From: a virus | Strand: one strand, 5' to 3' | Length of the DNA: 47,370 nucleotides | IMG/VR virus record: IMGVR_UViG_3300045988_092515 | Coordinates: 1 to 47,370 of that record | Shown here: in pieces, positions 8,673 through 16,809 of the stretch | How the letters are laid out: every line of letters starts with the position of its first letter | Numbering within the stretch: position 1 is the first letter of the stretch | The notes under the pieces: model-generated | Told to the model about the DNA's origin: nothing | The model's input: the letters and a program-made list of their open reading frames with translations, nothing else | Database searches by the model: none | Made by a program: the position numbers and the translations under genes

Positions 8673-9365
8673 ATGATTACTTTTGAACACGCCGAAGTAG
8701 TGGGCTGGGAGGCCGCTATTAGAGGGATGCGGAACCCTCATAACAGCTGGGACAAGTCGGATAGCAAATACCTGCGCCAAGAAGATGGGCATATCATCGC
8801 AAGCCGCTACGAAATCGGCCCCAACGACCACGACTTAATGATGCGCCTTGTTAAGGCTGGCACCGACCACCGCAAATTTATGCGGATGATCGTTGTGTAT
8901 GTGGATATAACAGCGCCGCTGTACTGGTACAAGGAACTTGAAACGTACAAGGTGGGCACGGTATCTAACTCCTGTTCTACGATGCACAGCATCCATAAGA
9001 AGCCGTTTTTCGTGGACGATTTCAGCTGTGAAGACATTTTGGATTCATGTGATCGGCCTATCATTTCTGCGAGATGGCAAGAACGTGCCGATTGGTCGCC
9101 TTACGAAGTGTTTTGCACTATCGTTGGGCTGCTAAATAGATGCAGAGAAATGTATCTTGAAACGGGTGAAAAAATCTGGTGGAGGCAGATTATTCAATTC
9201 CTTCCCTCTAACTACAACCAGCGCCGAACCCTGATGCTAAACTATGAGGTTCTAGCCAACATTTACCGTGCTCGGCGCAATCATAAGCTCACCGAGTGGA
9301 GGGAGTTCTGCCGCTGGATTGAAACACTCCCGCACTCTGAACTGATAACCGGGGGCGCTGAATAA
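8673..9365 (+). CDS. ThyX-like (flavin-dependent thymidylate synthase fold) protein, divergent
   Basis: AAIRGMRNPHNSWDKSDS, DHRKFMRMIVVYVDITAPLYWYKELETYKVGTVSNSCSTMHS and LPSNYNQRRTLMLNYEVLANIYRARR align by eye to ThyX blocks. The canonical RHR-x7-S appears replaced by TYK-x7-C. Confidence 0.4.
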   Translation: MITFEHAEVVGWEAAIRGMRNPHNSWDKSDSKYLRQEDGHIIASRYEIGPNDHDLMMRLVKAGTDHRKFMRMIVVYVDITAPLYWYKELETYKVGTVSNSCSTMHSIHKKPFFVDDFSCEDILDSCDRPIISARWQERADWSPYEVFCTIVGLLNRCREMYLETGEKIWWRQIIQFLPSNYNQRRTLMLNYEVLANIYRARRNHKLTEWREFCRWIETLPHSELITGGAE

Positions 9366-9907
9366 TGGCCCTGACAGCGCAGGAAATCAGACAACGGGAT
9401 TTGCGGTATAAGAAGCAGAATTACGAATGGGCCAAAGCTAGGGGGCTGTGCGTTCGGTGTATGAAAGAACGCGCCGCCCCTGGGCGGTATAAATGCCTAG
9501 AGTGCCTATCTATCAGCGTAGAGCTAAACAACGCTTGCAACGCTAAACTATCCCAAGACGAAAAGAAAAAGCGTGAAGAGCGCAACAGGGAGAGTATGAA
9601 AACCTTGTACGCGCAGCGAAAAGCGGCAGGGCTATGTACAGCATGCGGCAAACCGGCCTACAAAGGGCAGGCGTTCTGCAACGAATGTAGGTTGCGGCGC
9701 AACAGAACACACAGAGAACGGTATGTACGGAAACCAGCAGGGGAGTGCCGTTACTGTGAACGCCCAGCGCTACCAGGGCGGCAGATGTGCAAAGAGCATT
9801 ATGAGCGTGATTTGGAGATACTGGAATACGCTAGATCACAACGCAAAACGGACCCGGTCCGGGATGCTATCAATGATTTCTGGAAGCTGAAAAAAGCAGG
9901 GGGATAA
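9365..9907 (+). CDS. Protein with three zinc-ribbon repeats
   Basis: GLCVRCMKERAAPGRYKCLEC, GLCTACGKPAYKGQAFCNEC and ECRYCERPALPGRQMCKEH. Confidence 0.55.
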   Translation: MALTAQEIRQRDLRYKKQNYEWAKARGLCVRCMKERAAPGRYKCLECLSISVELNNACNAKLSQDEKKKREERNRESMKTLYAQRKAAGLCTACGKPAYKGQAFCNECRLRRNRTHRERYVRKPAGECRYCERPALPGRQMCKEHYERDLEILEYARSQRKTDPVRDAINDFWKLKKAGG

Positions 9908-9908
9908 T

Positions 9909-10106
9909 ATGGATGATTTCGACAAGAAGGTTCTTCTTTCGCTGGAAAAGAACCGGATGATGATTAGCAAGGTGGCGCGGGAACTGTTTTGTCATCGGCA
10001 CACTATCACCTATCGCCTGGATAAGTTGAAGAAGGAAACGGGCGTTGATCCGTTGGAAGTACGGGGTCTTGTGGCCCTGCTTGATAGAATTGGAGGGCAG
10101 GCTTGA
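9909..10106 (+). CDS. Small helix-turn-helix protein (PucR C-terminal HTH-like)
   Basis: ISKVARELFCHRHTITYRLDKLKKETGVDP. Confidence 0.55.
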   Translation: MDDFDKKVLLSLEKNRMMISKVARELFCHRHTITYRLDKLKKETGVDPLEVRGLVALLDRIGGQA

Positions 10107-10603
10107 AAGAGGTGTGGCTGCCGATTCCCGGCACTGACGGGTGGTATGATGTTTCTAATTTCGGCGAAATCCGAAGCTGGATAAAACAACGTTGGGACCA
10201 TTCCAGAGAAAGGGCTGAAAATCCACGAATCATGCGCCAACAGTCGCACAACGGAAACGCCACTATTAAAATTGCTGGTAAAACAATTCGAGTAAAAGAT
10301 GTTGTGTGTGATGTTTTCCTTGGCGGGAAACGGGTGGGCATGATCCTACGGCACAAGGACGGAAATTATCAAAATTGCGCGGTAAATAATTTGGAGTTTG
10401 TAACAAGGGCGGACTTCAACAAGGAGCGCAGAAGCCCAAATTGCCGAATTGTGGCCAAGACGGACAAATGGGGTAAGGTGCTGAAATTCTATCCCAGTGC
10501 AAGGGCTGCTGCGCGGGAAAATTACCTATCCACAAGCGGCTTGCACAGACGAATTAGAAATAAGTCGTTCATCGACGGCGTGATTTTCAAATATGCTGAT
10601 TAA
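10103..10603 (+). CDS. HNH homing endonuclease with an N-terminal NUMOD4-like motif
   Basis: EVWLPIPGTDGWYDVSNFGEIRSW, then HKDGNYQNCAVNNLEFVT. TTG start overlaps the upstream stop. Confidence 0.7.
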   Translation: MKEVWLPIPGTDGWYDVSNFGEIRSWIKQRWDHSRERAENPRIMRQQSHNGNATIKIAGKTIRVKDVVCDVFLGGKRVGMILRHKDGNYQNCAVNNLEFVTRADFNKERRSPNCRIVAKTDKWGKVLKFYPSARAAARENYLSTSGLHRRIRNKSFIDGVIFKYAD

Positions 10604-10669
10604 CAGATGGACATATTGTCCAAAGAATTAGCAAAAACACAGATTTTCGTGGAACGATACGGTAGAATA

Positions 10670-10678
10670 TGGTATAAT
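10670..10678 (+). promoter_or_regulatory. Extended -10 promoter element (TGGTATAAT) at the head of the non-coding RNA locus
   Basis: tggtataat at 10670-10678, with a second tagaat at 10663-10668. No good -35 was seen. Confidence 0.4.
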
Positions 10679-10803
10679 AATAGCAAGGAAGTCTTTGTCC
10701 TTTCGGGCTTCCGCATGCTTCTTCCGCCGGGTGGCGGCGGCAATAGCCACCCCTCCTATTTGGTATAGGGGCGGGGGTTCTTCCCCTGCCCCACCCTCCA
10801 TAT

Positions 10804-10852
10804 CCTGGGCGCTGGTGTGTATGATTTGGTTCAATCCCGAATCCCAGGACCA
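10804..10852 (+). ncRNA. tRNA-like acceptor/T-arm minihelix ending in an encoded CCA
   Basis: CCTGGG(c) ... 14 nt ... TTTGG-TTCAATC-CCGAA-(t)CCCAGG-A-CCA. There is no D arm or anticodon arm. Confidence 0.4.
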
Positions 10853-11238
10853 TCCCGAAAGGGAAAAAATAAAATACGAAAGGTGGTGAAAGCTTTGCTC
10901 CTACCATCATTTTGTGTTTTGTTTTTCAGCACCTAACCAAGCGCGGCGAGCGTCCTATTATCTGGCACGGTAGGGATGCCACGACCCGCGCAGGTTGGGA
11001 TATATGAAAGAACGCCGCCGGATAACGCAAGGGTGTGTCACCAGCGTCTTCGACGTGGCAGTTGCACCGGGAGTTCTTTCTATATGCTGGCTATCGGTGC
11101 AGGAGCCAATAGCTGGCTTTCCGCTCTGTCGGTTCTCTTTTTTGTTTCCATAGGGAATGCTCCTTCGGTAAGCTGCAGCCTGTAAAAGCAGCTCCATCAC
11201 TCACCTGGTGGCCCCGGTTGGATTCCGGTTAGGCATAC

Positions 11239-11326
11239 GGCGGGATACTCAAGTTTGGTCAAAGAGGCCGCATTGCTAATGCGGTATGGGCTACAGCCTG
11301 CGTAGGTTCAAATCCTACTCCTGCCG
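11239..11326 (+). tRNA. tRNA-Ser, anticodon GCU (class II, long variable arm)
   Basis: Acceptor GGCGGGA/TCCTGCC with one G-U pair. D arm CTC-AAGTTTGGTCAAA-GAG. Anticodon arm CCGCA-TTGCTAA-TGCGG, with GCT at 11275-11277. Variable arm GGGC-TACA-GCCT. T arm GTAGG-TTCAAAT-CCTAC. Discriminator G. Confidence 0.8.
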
Positions 11327-11680
11327 CCGGATGGGTTGTGGTGTAATCCCCTGAAACACCTGGCACCACGGAAAGGCGGGGATATATGCGGAAGGGCTAG
11401 TAGGGGCGTCACCGGATTGGTGAACTGGGTTCAAGGCCCAGCGACTGCACTGTATACAGTAGCCGATGAATGTACTAAGTCGGCGATTCCCCACGGTGGA
11501 ACACTGTTGCGTGTGTGTACAGCACCAACACCGCTGTGGGGCAATATGGCGGGTGGCGATAGCCTATATCCGGGTAGTTACCGGGGCCTGCTACCAGAAT
11601 AGCGGTTAGCATTTGCGGATGCTGGGGCGATGGAAACCCGCCCTGACAGCTCGGAAGAGACGGGCGTAGGAGGATAAAAT

Positions 11681-12841
11681 ATGGAAATCAGAAGCGTGAA
11701 AATTAAAGAGATCAAACCGTATGATCGAAATGCCAAGAAGCATGATGATACCCAAATCAACAATGTGGCTGAAAGCATCCGACAGTTCGGTTTTGTCCAG
11801 CCTATCGTGATTGATTCCAATGGCGTTATCGTCATTGGACATTTCCGTTTTGAGGCGGCTAAGCGGCTGAAATACGCCGAAGTACCCTGCATCATGGTGG
11901 ACGATCTAACGCCTGAACAGGTGGACGCCCTGCGTATCGTGGACAACAAAACCAACGAATCCCCATGGGATATTGATTTGCTGACCGAAGAGTTGCAGGA
12001 TTTGGATTTGTCCATGTTTGATTTTGCATGGGATTTGATGGAGGAAACGGACGAAGCTACCGAAATTACAGAAGATGAAGCACCGGAGGTTGATAAGACC
12101 AACGATCCTATTTCTAAGTTTGGCCAAATTTGGAAGTTGGGCCGTCACCGGCTGATGTGTGGAGATAGCACCTCCGAAGAAAACGTGAAAGCTCTTCTGG
12201 GGGGTGCGAAAGCTGACCTTCTTCTTACTGATCCTCCGTATGGCGTGGACTATACTGGCAAGACTAAGGATGCCTTAAAAATCCAGAACGACGCAAAGAT
12301 GGACGAAGAAATGATCGAATTTCTTTCCTCTGCTTTTCGCTCTGCGGATTCCGTTATGAAGCCTGGGGCTGTGTTTTACATCTGGTATGCTGGAATGAAA
12401 GAACATGCTTTCGATAAGGCTTGCCAGCTAATCGGCTGGGAGGTTCGCCAAATCCTTATTTGGGCAAAAAATACCATGGTAATGGGGCGGCAAGATTACC
12501 AGTGGAGACATGAACCCTGCATTTACGGGTGGAAAGGCGGCGCTGGACACCTCTGGGCGTCCGACCGAAAGCAGACAACGATTCTGGAATTTGACCGTCC
12601 TACCGCGAACAAAGAACATCCTACAATGAAGCCGATTGCGTTGTTCGATTATCAAATTCAGAACAACACAAAAGGCGGTGACATCGTTCTGGATCTGTTC
12701 GGCGGAAGTGGGACAACCATTATGGCTTGTGAACAGAATGGAAGAAACGCATGCGTGATGGAATATGATCCTAAATACGTTGATGTTATCATCAAGCGCT
12801 GGGAAAACTTCACCGGAGAAAAGGCGGTTTTGGAAGGATGA
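11681..12841 (+). CDS. Fusion of a ParB-like nuclease domain to a DNA methyltransferase (beta-class N6A/N4C)
   Basis: N-terminal IKEIKPYDRNAKKHDDTQINNVAESIRQFGFVQPIVID...GHFRFEAAKRL. Then motif IV LLLTDPPYGVDY and motif I VLDLFGGSGTTIMA. AGGAGG RBS. Confidence 0.85.
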   Translation: MEIRSVKIKEIKPYDRNAKKHDDTQINNVAESIRQFGFVQPIVIDSNGVIVIGHFRFEAAKRLKYAEVPCIMVDDLTPEQVDALRIVDNKTNESPWDIDLLTEELQDLDLSMFDFAWDLMEETDEATEITEDEAPEVDKTNDPISKFGQIWKLGRHRLMCGDSTSEENVKALLGGAKADLLLTDPPYGVDYTGKTKDALKIQNDAKMDEEMIEFLSSAFRSADSVMKPGAVFYIWYAGMKEHAFDKACQLIGWEVRQILIWAKNTMVMGRQDYQWRHEPCIYGWKGGAGHLWASDRKQTTILEFDRPTANKEHPTMKPIALFDYQIQNNTKGGDIVLDLFGGSGTTIMACEQNGRNACVMEYDPKYVDVIIKRWENFTGEKAVLEG

Positions 12842-12948
12842 CGATTGCAGAAGCGAAAGAGATCATCAAGAAAACCAAAAGCCAAAAACTAAAGCGAGAC
12901 ATGGAGCGGTTCATAAGAAATAAGAAGCGGAAAGAAAGGGAGAGGTGA
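12838..12948 (+). CDS. Small basic ORF (36 aa), absent from the ORF track
   Basis: ATGA overlap with the methyltransferase stop. Translation is MTIAEAKEIIKKTKSQKLKRDMERFIRNKKRKERER. Confidence 0.3.
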   Translation: MTIAEAKEIIKKTKSQKLKRDMERFIRNKKRKERER

Positions 12949-12952
12949 TTGT

Positions 12953-13321
12953 ATGGGGCGGCGGCCAAAAGAAATTGATCAAAAACAATTTGAAAACCTT
13001 TGTGGGCTGCAATGCACCTACGACGAAATCTGCTCTTGGTTCGACGTTACGGATAAAACGCTTAATAGTTGGTGTAAACGAACGTATGGTAAGAATTTTT
13101 CCGAGGTATTTAACGAAAAGAGAGGGCGTGGCAAGATTTCGTTGCGCCGGACGCAGTGGGAACTAGCTAAGAAAAACGCTTCTATGGCTATTTTTCTGGG
13201 CAAACAATACCTTGGGCAAAGCGACCAGGGCGGCGTTATCACAGAAAAAGATGTACGGCAGGAAGATGCACTCAGCGCTAGCCTAAAGAAGATCGCAGAA
13301 GGGCTTGATTCGGATGATTAG
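12953..13321 (+). CDS. terS: Terminase small subunit
   Basis: MGRRPKEIDQKQFENLCGLQCTYDEICSWFDVTDKTLNSWCK...ISLRRTQWELAKKNASMAIFLGKQYLGQ. It lies directly upstream of terL. Confidence 0.65.
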   Translation: MGRRPKEIDQKQFENLCGLQCTYDEICSWFDVTDKTLNSWCKRTYGKNFSEVFNEKRGRGKISLRRTQWELAKKNASMAIFLGKQYLGQSDQGGVITEKDVRQEDALSASLKKIAEGLDSDD

Positions 13322-14510
13322 CGAAAAGCAGATGAAGATCCTGGCCTTCCCTTACACCAAGTACGAAGCTATCATCTGTGATGGGGCTATCCGTTCAGGG
13401 AAAAGCTCTATTATGATGTGGGCTTTTGTTAAGTGGGGCATGATGAACTTCGACGGCCAGCGTTTTGCTATTTGCGGCAAGAGCGTTGATAGCTGCATTA
13501 AGAACGTTATCCAGCCTTTCCTAGCTATGTCTTTAGCCCGTGAAACCTACCGGCTACGGTGGCGGCGGATAGACAAGGTGCTGGAAGTGCAAAACGGCAA
13601 CACCACAAACCTGTTTGAGGTGTTTGGTGGCAAAGATGAAAGTTCTTTTGCACTCATCCAGGGCAGAACCCTTGCAGGGGTGTTGCTGGATGAGGTGGCC
13701 TTGCAGCCTAGATCGTTCGTGGAGCAGGCGCTTGCACGTTGTTCTGTTTCTGGTTCTCGGTTCTGGTTCAACTGCAACCCAGGCCCACCGTCGCATTGGT
13801 TTTATCAAGAATGGATTAAGCAAACTGAAAGGCACAAAGCTCTGCATCTGCATTTTCTCCTAGAGGATAATCCAGCGCTCGACCCGGAAATCGTGGAGAG
13901 GTACAAGAACACCTATGCAGGCGTATTCTACCGACGCTATATCCTAGGCGAGTGGTGCGTAGCTGACGGCCTGGTTTACCCGATGTTCGATAAATCAAAA
14001 CACATAGCCACGGAACAATACTCCGGTGGTGTGTATTATATCAGCATCGACTACGGCACGTTGAACCCTACGGCTATGGGGCTGTGGCAGCTGCGAAACG
14101 GTAAAGCTGTGATGCTGAAAGAATATTACTACGATGGACGCAAACAGAAGCGCCAGAAAACGGATGAGGAATACGCCGACGATCTGGAAGCATTTGCGGA
14201 AGGGTACCAGATAGAGCGAGTAATCGTCGATCCGTCGGCGGCGTCCTTCAAAGAAACGTTACGGCGGCGCGGCAAATTTGCCGTGATGGATGCCAATAAT
14301 GCAGTGCTAGATGGTATCCGCCTTACTGGTAGCCTGCTGTTAGCTGGTAGAATCCTGTTCGATGCCAGCTGTGAAAACACGTTTGATGAATTCGGTTCCT
14401 ACTGCTGGGATGAAAAAAAAGAAACCGATGCGGTAGTTAAAGAATCGGACCATGCAATGGATATGATACGATATTTCGTATACACGATAATGCGGCGGGA
14501 GGTGCGCTAA
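13314..14510 (+). CDS. terL: Terminase large subunit
   Basis: Walker A CDGAIRSGKS, LLDEVA, and the nuclease-half motif DYGTLNPTAMGLW...VDPSAAS...HAMDMIRY. The ATG at 13314 overlaps the terS end. Confidence 0.85.
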   Translation: MISEKQMKILAFPYTKYEAIICDGAIRSGKSSIMMWAFVKWGMMNFDGQRFAICGKSVDSCIKNVIQPFLAMSLARETYRLRWRRIDKVLEVQNGNTTNLFEVFGGKDESSFALIQGRTLAGVLLDEVALQPRSFVEQALARCSVSGSRFWFNCNPGPPSHWFYQEWIKQTERHKALHLHFLLEDNPALDPEIVERYKNTYAGVFYRRYILGEWCVADGLVYPMFDKSKHIATEQYSGGVYYISIDYGTLNPTAMGLWQLRNGKAVMLKEYYYDGRKQKRQKTDEEYADDLEAFAEGYQIERVIVDPSAASFKETLRRRGKFAVMDANNAVLDGIRLTGSLLLAGRILFDASCENTFDEFGSYCWDEKKETDAVVKESDHAMDMIRYFVYTIMRREVR

Positions 14511-15913
14511 TGGAGAGTTTTTTTACTAGGACGTTCCGAAATCTGAAAAACTGGCTGTTTCCCACTGTTGCCGCTAAAAAAGATTTTGGCGTAGATACGG
14601 CGGTTGGTACCACGATGCAGCAGAATATCAACCTGTGGTATTCTATGTACATCAACGAACCGCCTTGGGCCAAGCGCGACATTATCCCGCTCGGCCTGCC
14701 TGCTGCTATCGCCCGTGAAATGGCGCGGCCTGCACTGGTGGAATTCAACGGAACAGTTACCGGCGGGGCACGGGCTGAATTCTTGGATACGTGTTTCCAG
14801 GATGCCGCCCGGAGCTTTGAGAAAAACTTGGAGATGGGGCTTGCTCTCGGTGGGCTGGCCCTTCGGCCTTATGTGTACAACGGCGCGTTGAAAGTCGATG
14901 CTTCTAGTATCATGGCATTTCAGCCTACCAACTTCGACGAAGCTGGCAAATGCACCGGTGGCGTATTCCGCGAGCGGGTGCAGCTGGCTGGTAAATGGTA
15001 CGTCCGCCTGGAAAGCCATGAGTTTGTGAGAGATGGAGATCGCACAGCCTACGTTGTGCGGAACAAAGCTCACAAGTCCAATCAATACGGAACGGTGGGC
15101 GAGGAAGTACCGCTCGATACGGTCCCAGCCTGGGCAACCTTGGATGATGAAACAACACTCGATGGCGTAGAACGTCCGCTGTTTGCCTTTTTCACCCCGC
15201 CTGTTGCAAACAACATCGACACTGATAGCCGCCTGGGTGTATCTGTGTACGGCGGTTCTATCGTCGGCCTAGTAAAGGATGCAGATGAACAGTGGGATAG
15301 ATTGTGGTGGGAGTTCAAAAGCGGTGAGCGCAAAATTTTTGCAGAATACACCAGCGGGAACGCCCGTGATTTTGGGAGAAACCGGCTCTATGAGTTTGGG
15401 CCGTTTATGTCCCAGGATGGGGATTTCTTCAAGGAGTTTTCCCCGGCGTTTCGGGATGATGCCATTTATAGGGGATTCCAAAACATCCTGAAACAAATTG
15501 AATTCCAGACAGGCCTAGCCTATGGAACGATTTCTGACCCGTCCAGCGTGGAAAAAACATCGACGGAAATCTTAGCTAGCAAGCAGAGACAATACATTAC
15601 AGAGAGCCATATTCAGCAGGCGTTCGGGGATGCTCTGGACGATCTGGTATATGCGATGGATGTATACGCTACACTGTACGCCCTGGCTCCTCAGGGGGAC
15701 TATGAGCTGCATCTCAGTTTCGGCGATGGTGTACTCGATGATCCTGAGAGCAACCGCGCAGAAATGGCGGCTGACCTGCAACTGGTATCTGCTGGTATCC
15801 TGAACGCCTATGAATTCCGACAGAAACATTTCGGCGAGGATGAAGAGACAGCAAAGGCCATGCTACCAGGGATGGAGGAAATGATCGACGAACCACAAGG
15901 GGAACTTGAATAA
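14510..15913 (+). CDS. Portal protein (A118 gp6/SPP1-type)
   Basis: 467-aa ORF directly after terL with a TAATG overlap. The call rests on size and synteny with the minor capsid protein 2 gene. Confidence 0.7.
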   Translation: MESFFTRTFRNLKNWLFPTVAAKKDFGVDTAVGTTMQQNINLWYSMYINEPPWAKRDIIPLGLPAAIAREMARPALVEFNGTVTGGARAEFLDTCFQDAARSFEKNLEMGLALGGLALRPYVYNGALKVDASSIMAFQPTNFDEAGKCTGGVFRERVQLAGKWYVRLESHEFVRDGDRTAYVVRNKAHKSNQYGTVGEEVPLDTVPAWATLDDETTLDGVERPLFAFFTPPVANNIDTDSRLGVSVYGGSIVGLVKDADEQWDRLWWEFKSGERKIFAEYTSGNARDFGRNRLYEFGPFMSQDGDFFKEFSPAFRDDAIYRGFQNILKQIEFQTGLAYGTISDPSSVEKTSTEILASKQRQYITESHIQQAFGDALDDLVYAMDVYATLYALAPQGDYELHLSFGDGVLDDPESNRAEMAADLQLVSAGILNAYEFRQKHFGEDEETAKAMLPGMEEMIDEPQGELE

Positions 15914-16713
15914 TGAAGTACCCATTCAGTCCTGCCGTGTTGGATGCCTTGCCTGAGCCTATCGCCGAGCTATTCCGGGGCCTGGAAGATCGGCTGCTAC
16001 AAGAGATTTGTTGGCGGCTGGTGGTATCCGATGATCTGAATCAGGTGACTGTCGAGGATATCCGGGAACTGCGTGCCCACGGGATAACGCTAGACGAAAT
16101 CACAACAGCCATTGCAGAGACTACGCAAACCAGCCTGGACAAGGTAGATGCTATCATGGATGGCGTAGTAGAGCGCAATCGCAAATACTACGGTACATTA
16201 GCAACTGCGGCAGAGATTACCGCCCCGCGCCACATTGTTGATGATGTGGATGTTGAGGCTATCAGGCGGCAGACCAAAGACGAACTGCGAAACCTTACTC
16301 AATCAATGGGCTTTGCAGTCCGACGCAACGGCAAGGTTGTTAAGTGGTTGGAACCCAAGAAAGCTTATCAATGGGCGCTGGATATGGCAGAAACAGAAGT
16401 TATGTCCGGGACTATCAGCTACAATGAAGCAATAGCCCACGCCACAAAGCAGCTTGCCGCCGGTGGTTTAACGTCTATCCGCTACGAATCCAATGGGCGG
16501 GTACATTACGATCAAGCGGATGTAGCCGCTCGACGTGCTGTGATGACTGGGGTGAATCAAACCTGCCAGCGCTATGCAGAGCAGAGCATGGAGCGACTGG
16601 AAACCAACCTAGTCGAAGTGTCCGCCCATGGCGGCGCAAGAAATGTAAACGGTCCGAATGGCTGGGAAGCACATACTCTGTGGCAAGGAAAAGTTTTCCA
16701 ATGGAATAAATAA
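15913..16713 (+). CDS. Minor capsid protein 2 (Phage_min_cap2-like), N-terminal part of a split gene
   Basis: ...AARRAVMTGVNQTCQRYAEQSMERLETNLVEVSAHGGARN...HTLWQGKVFQ, followed by a premature stop. The remaining conserved blocks resume at 17427. Confidence 0.7.
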   Translation: MKYPFSPAVLDALPEPIAELFRGLEDRLLQEICWRLVVSDDLNQVTVEDIRELRAHGITLDEITTAIAETTQTSLDKVDAIMDGVVERNRKYYGTLATAAEITAPRHIVDDVDVEAIRRQTKDELRNLTQSMGFAVRRNGKVVKWLEPKKAYQWALDMAETEVMSGTISYNEAIAHATKQLAAGGLTSIRYESNGRVHYDQADVAARRAVMTGVNQTCQRYAEQSMERLETNLVEVSAHGGARNVNGPNGWEAHTLWQGKVFQWNK

Positions 16714-16721
16714 GTTTGATA

Positions 16722-16806
16722 CAAGCGGATAGCTCGACGGGGTGAAAAGTGGACTGCCTTACCATCTTCCGCTTGTTCAAAAAACAAGGCAATTACGAAA
16801 GGCAGT
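16722..16806 (+). promoter_or_regulatory. Interleaved (pseudoknot-type) pairings upstream of the homing endonuclease start
   Basis: CAAGCGGA (16722-16729) pairs with TCCGCTTG (16768-16775). ACTGCCTT (16753-16760) pairs with AAGGCAGT (16799-16806), which covers the SD region 3 nt before the ATG at 16810. Confidence 0.3.
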
Positions 16807-16809
16807 AAT

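Larger units (their letters stand above)
10685..11680 (+). ncRNA. Candidate large structured non-coding RNA locus with an embedded tRNA (GOLLD/ROOL-like or unclassified)
   Basis: Roughly 1 kb with no credible ORF in a tightly packed genome. GC-rich hairpins lie at 10724-10740 and 10768-10792. T-loop-like GGTTCAAnnCC elements lie at 10828, 11305 and 11427. The class is not verifiable without a covariance model. Confidence 0.35.

Noticed and set aside
10804-10852. tmRNA (or two-piece tmRNA) tRNA-like domain
   Set aside because: The 5' and 3' acceptor strands are only 14 nt plus the T arm apart. Position 3:70 is T-A rather than the G-U needed for alanine identity. No tag reading frame or pseudoknot series was seen nearby.
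10587-11602. Short ORFs within the RNA locus: 10587-10910, 10628-10834, 10695-10889, 10958-11200, 10976-11185 and 11336-11602
   Set aside because: None has an SD sequence. Several use non-ATG starts, they overlap one another on both strands, and their translations are Pro/Gly/Arg/Cys-rich. One overlaps the tRNA flank.
11590-11680. SAM-type riboswitch in the methyltransferase leader
   Set aside because: GGGGCGATGGAAACCCGCCC loosely recalls the SAM-I P3 hairpin. However, the conserved AGAGGGA/kink-turn and junction sequences are absent.
11578-12102. 174-aa minus-strand ORF
   Set aside because: It lies antisense to the ParB domain of the methyltransferase fusion.
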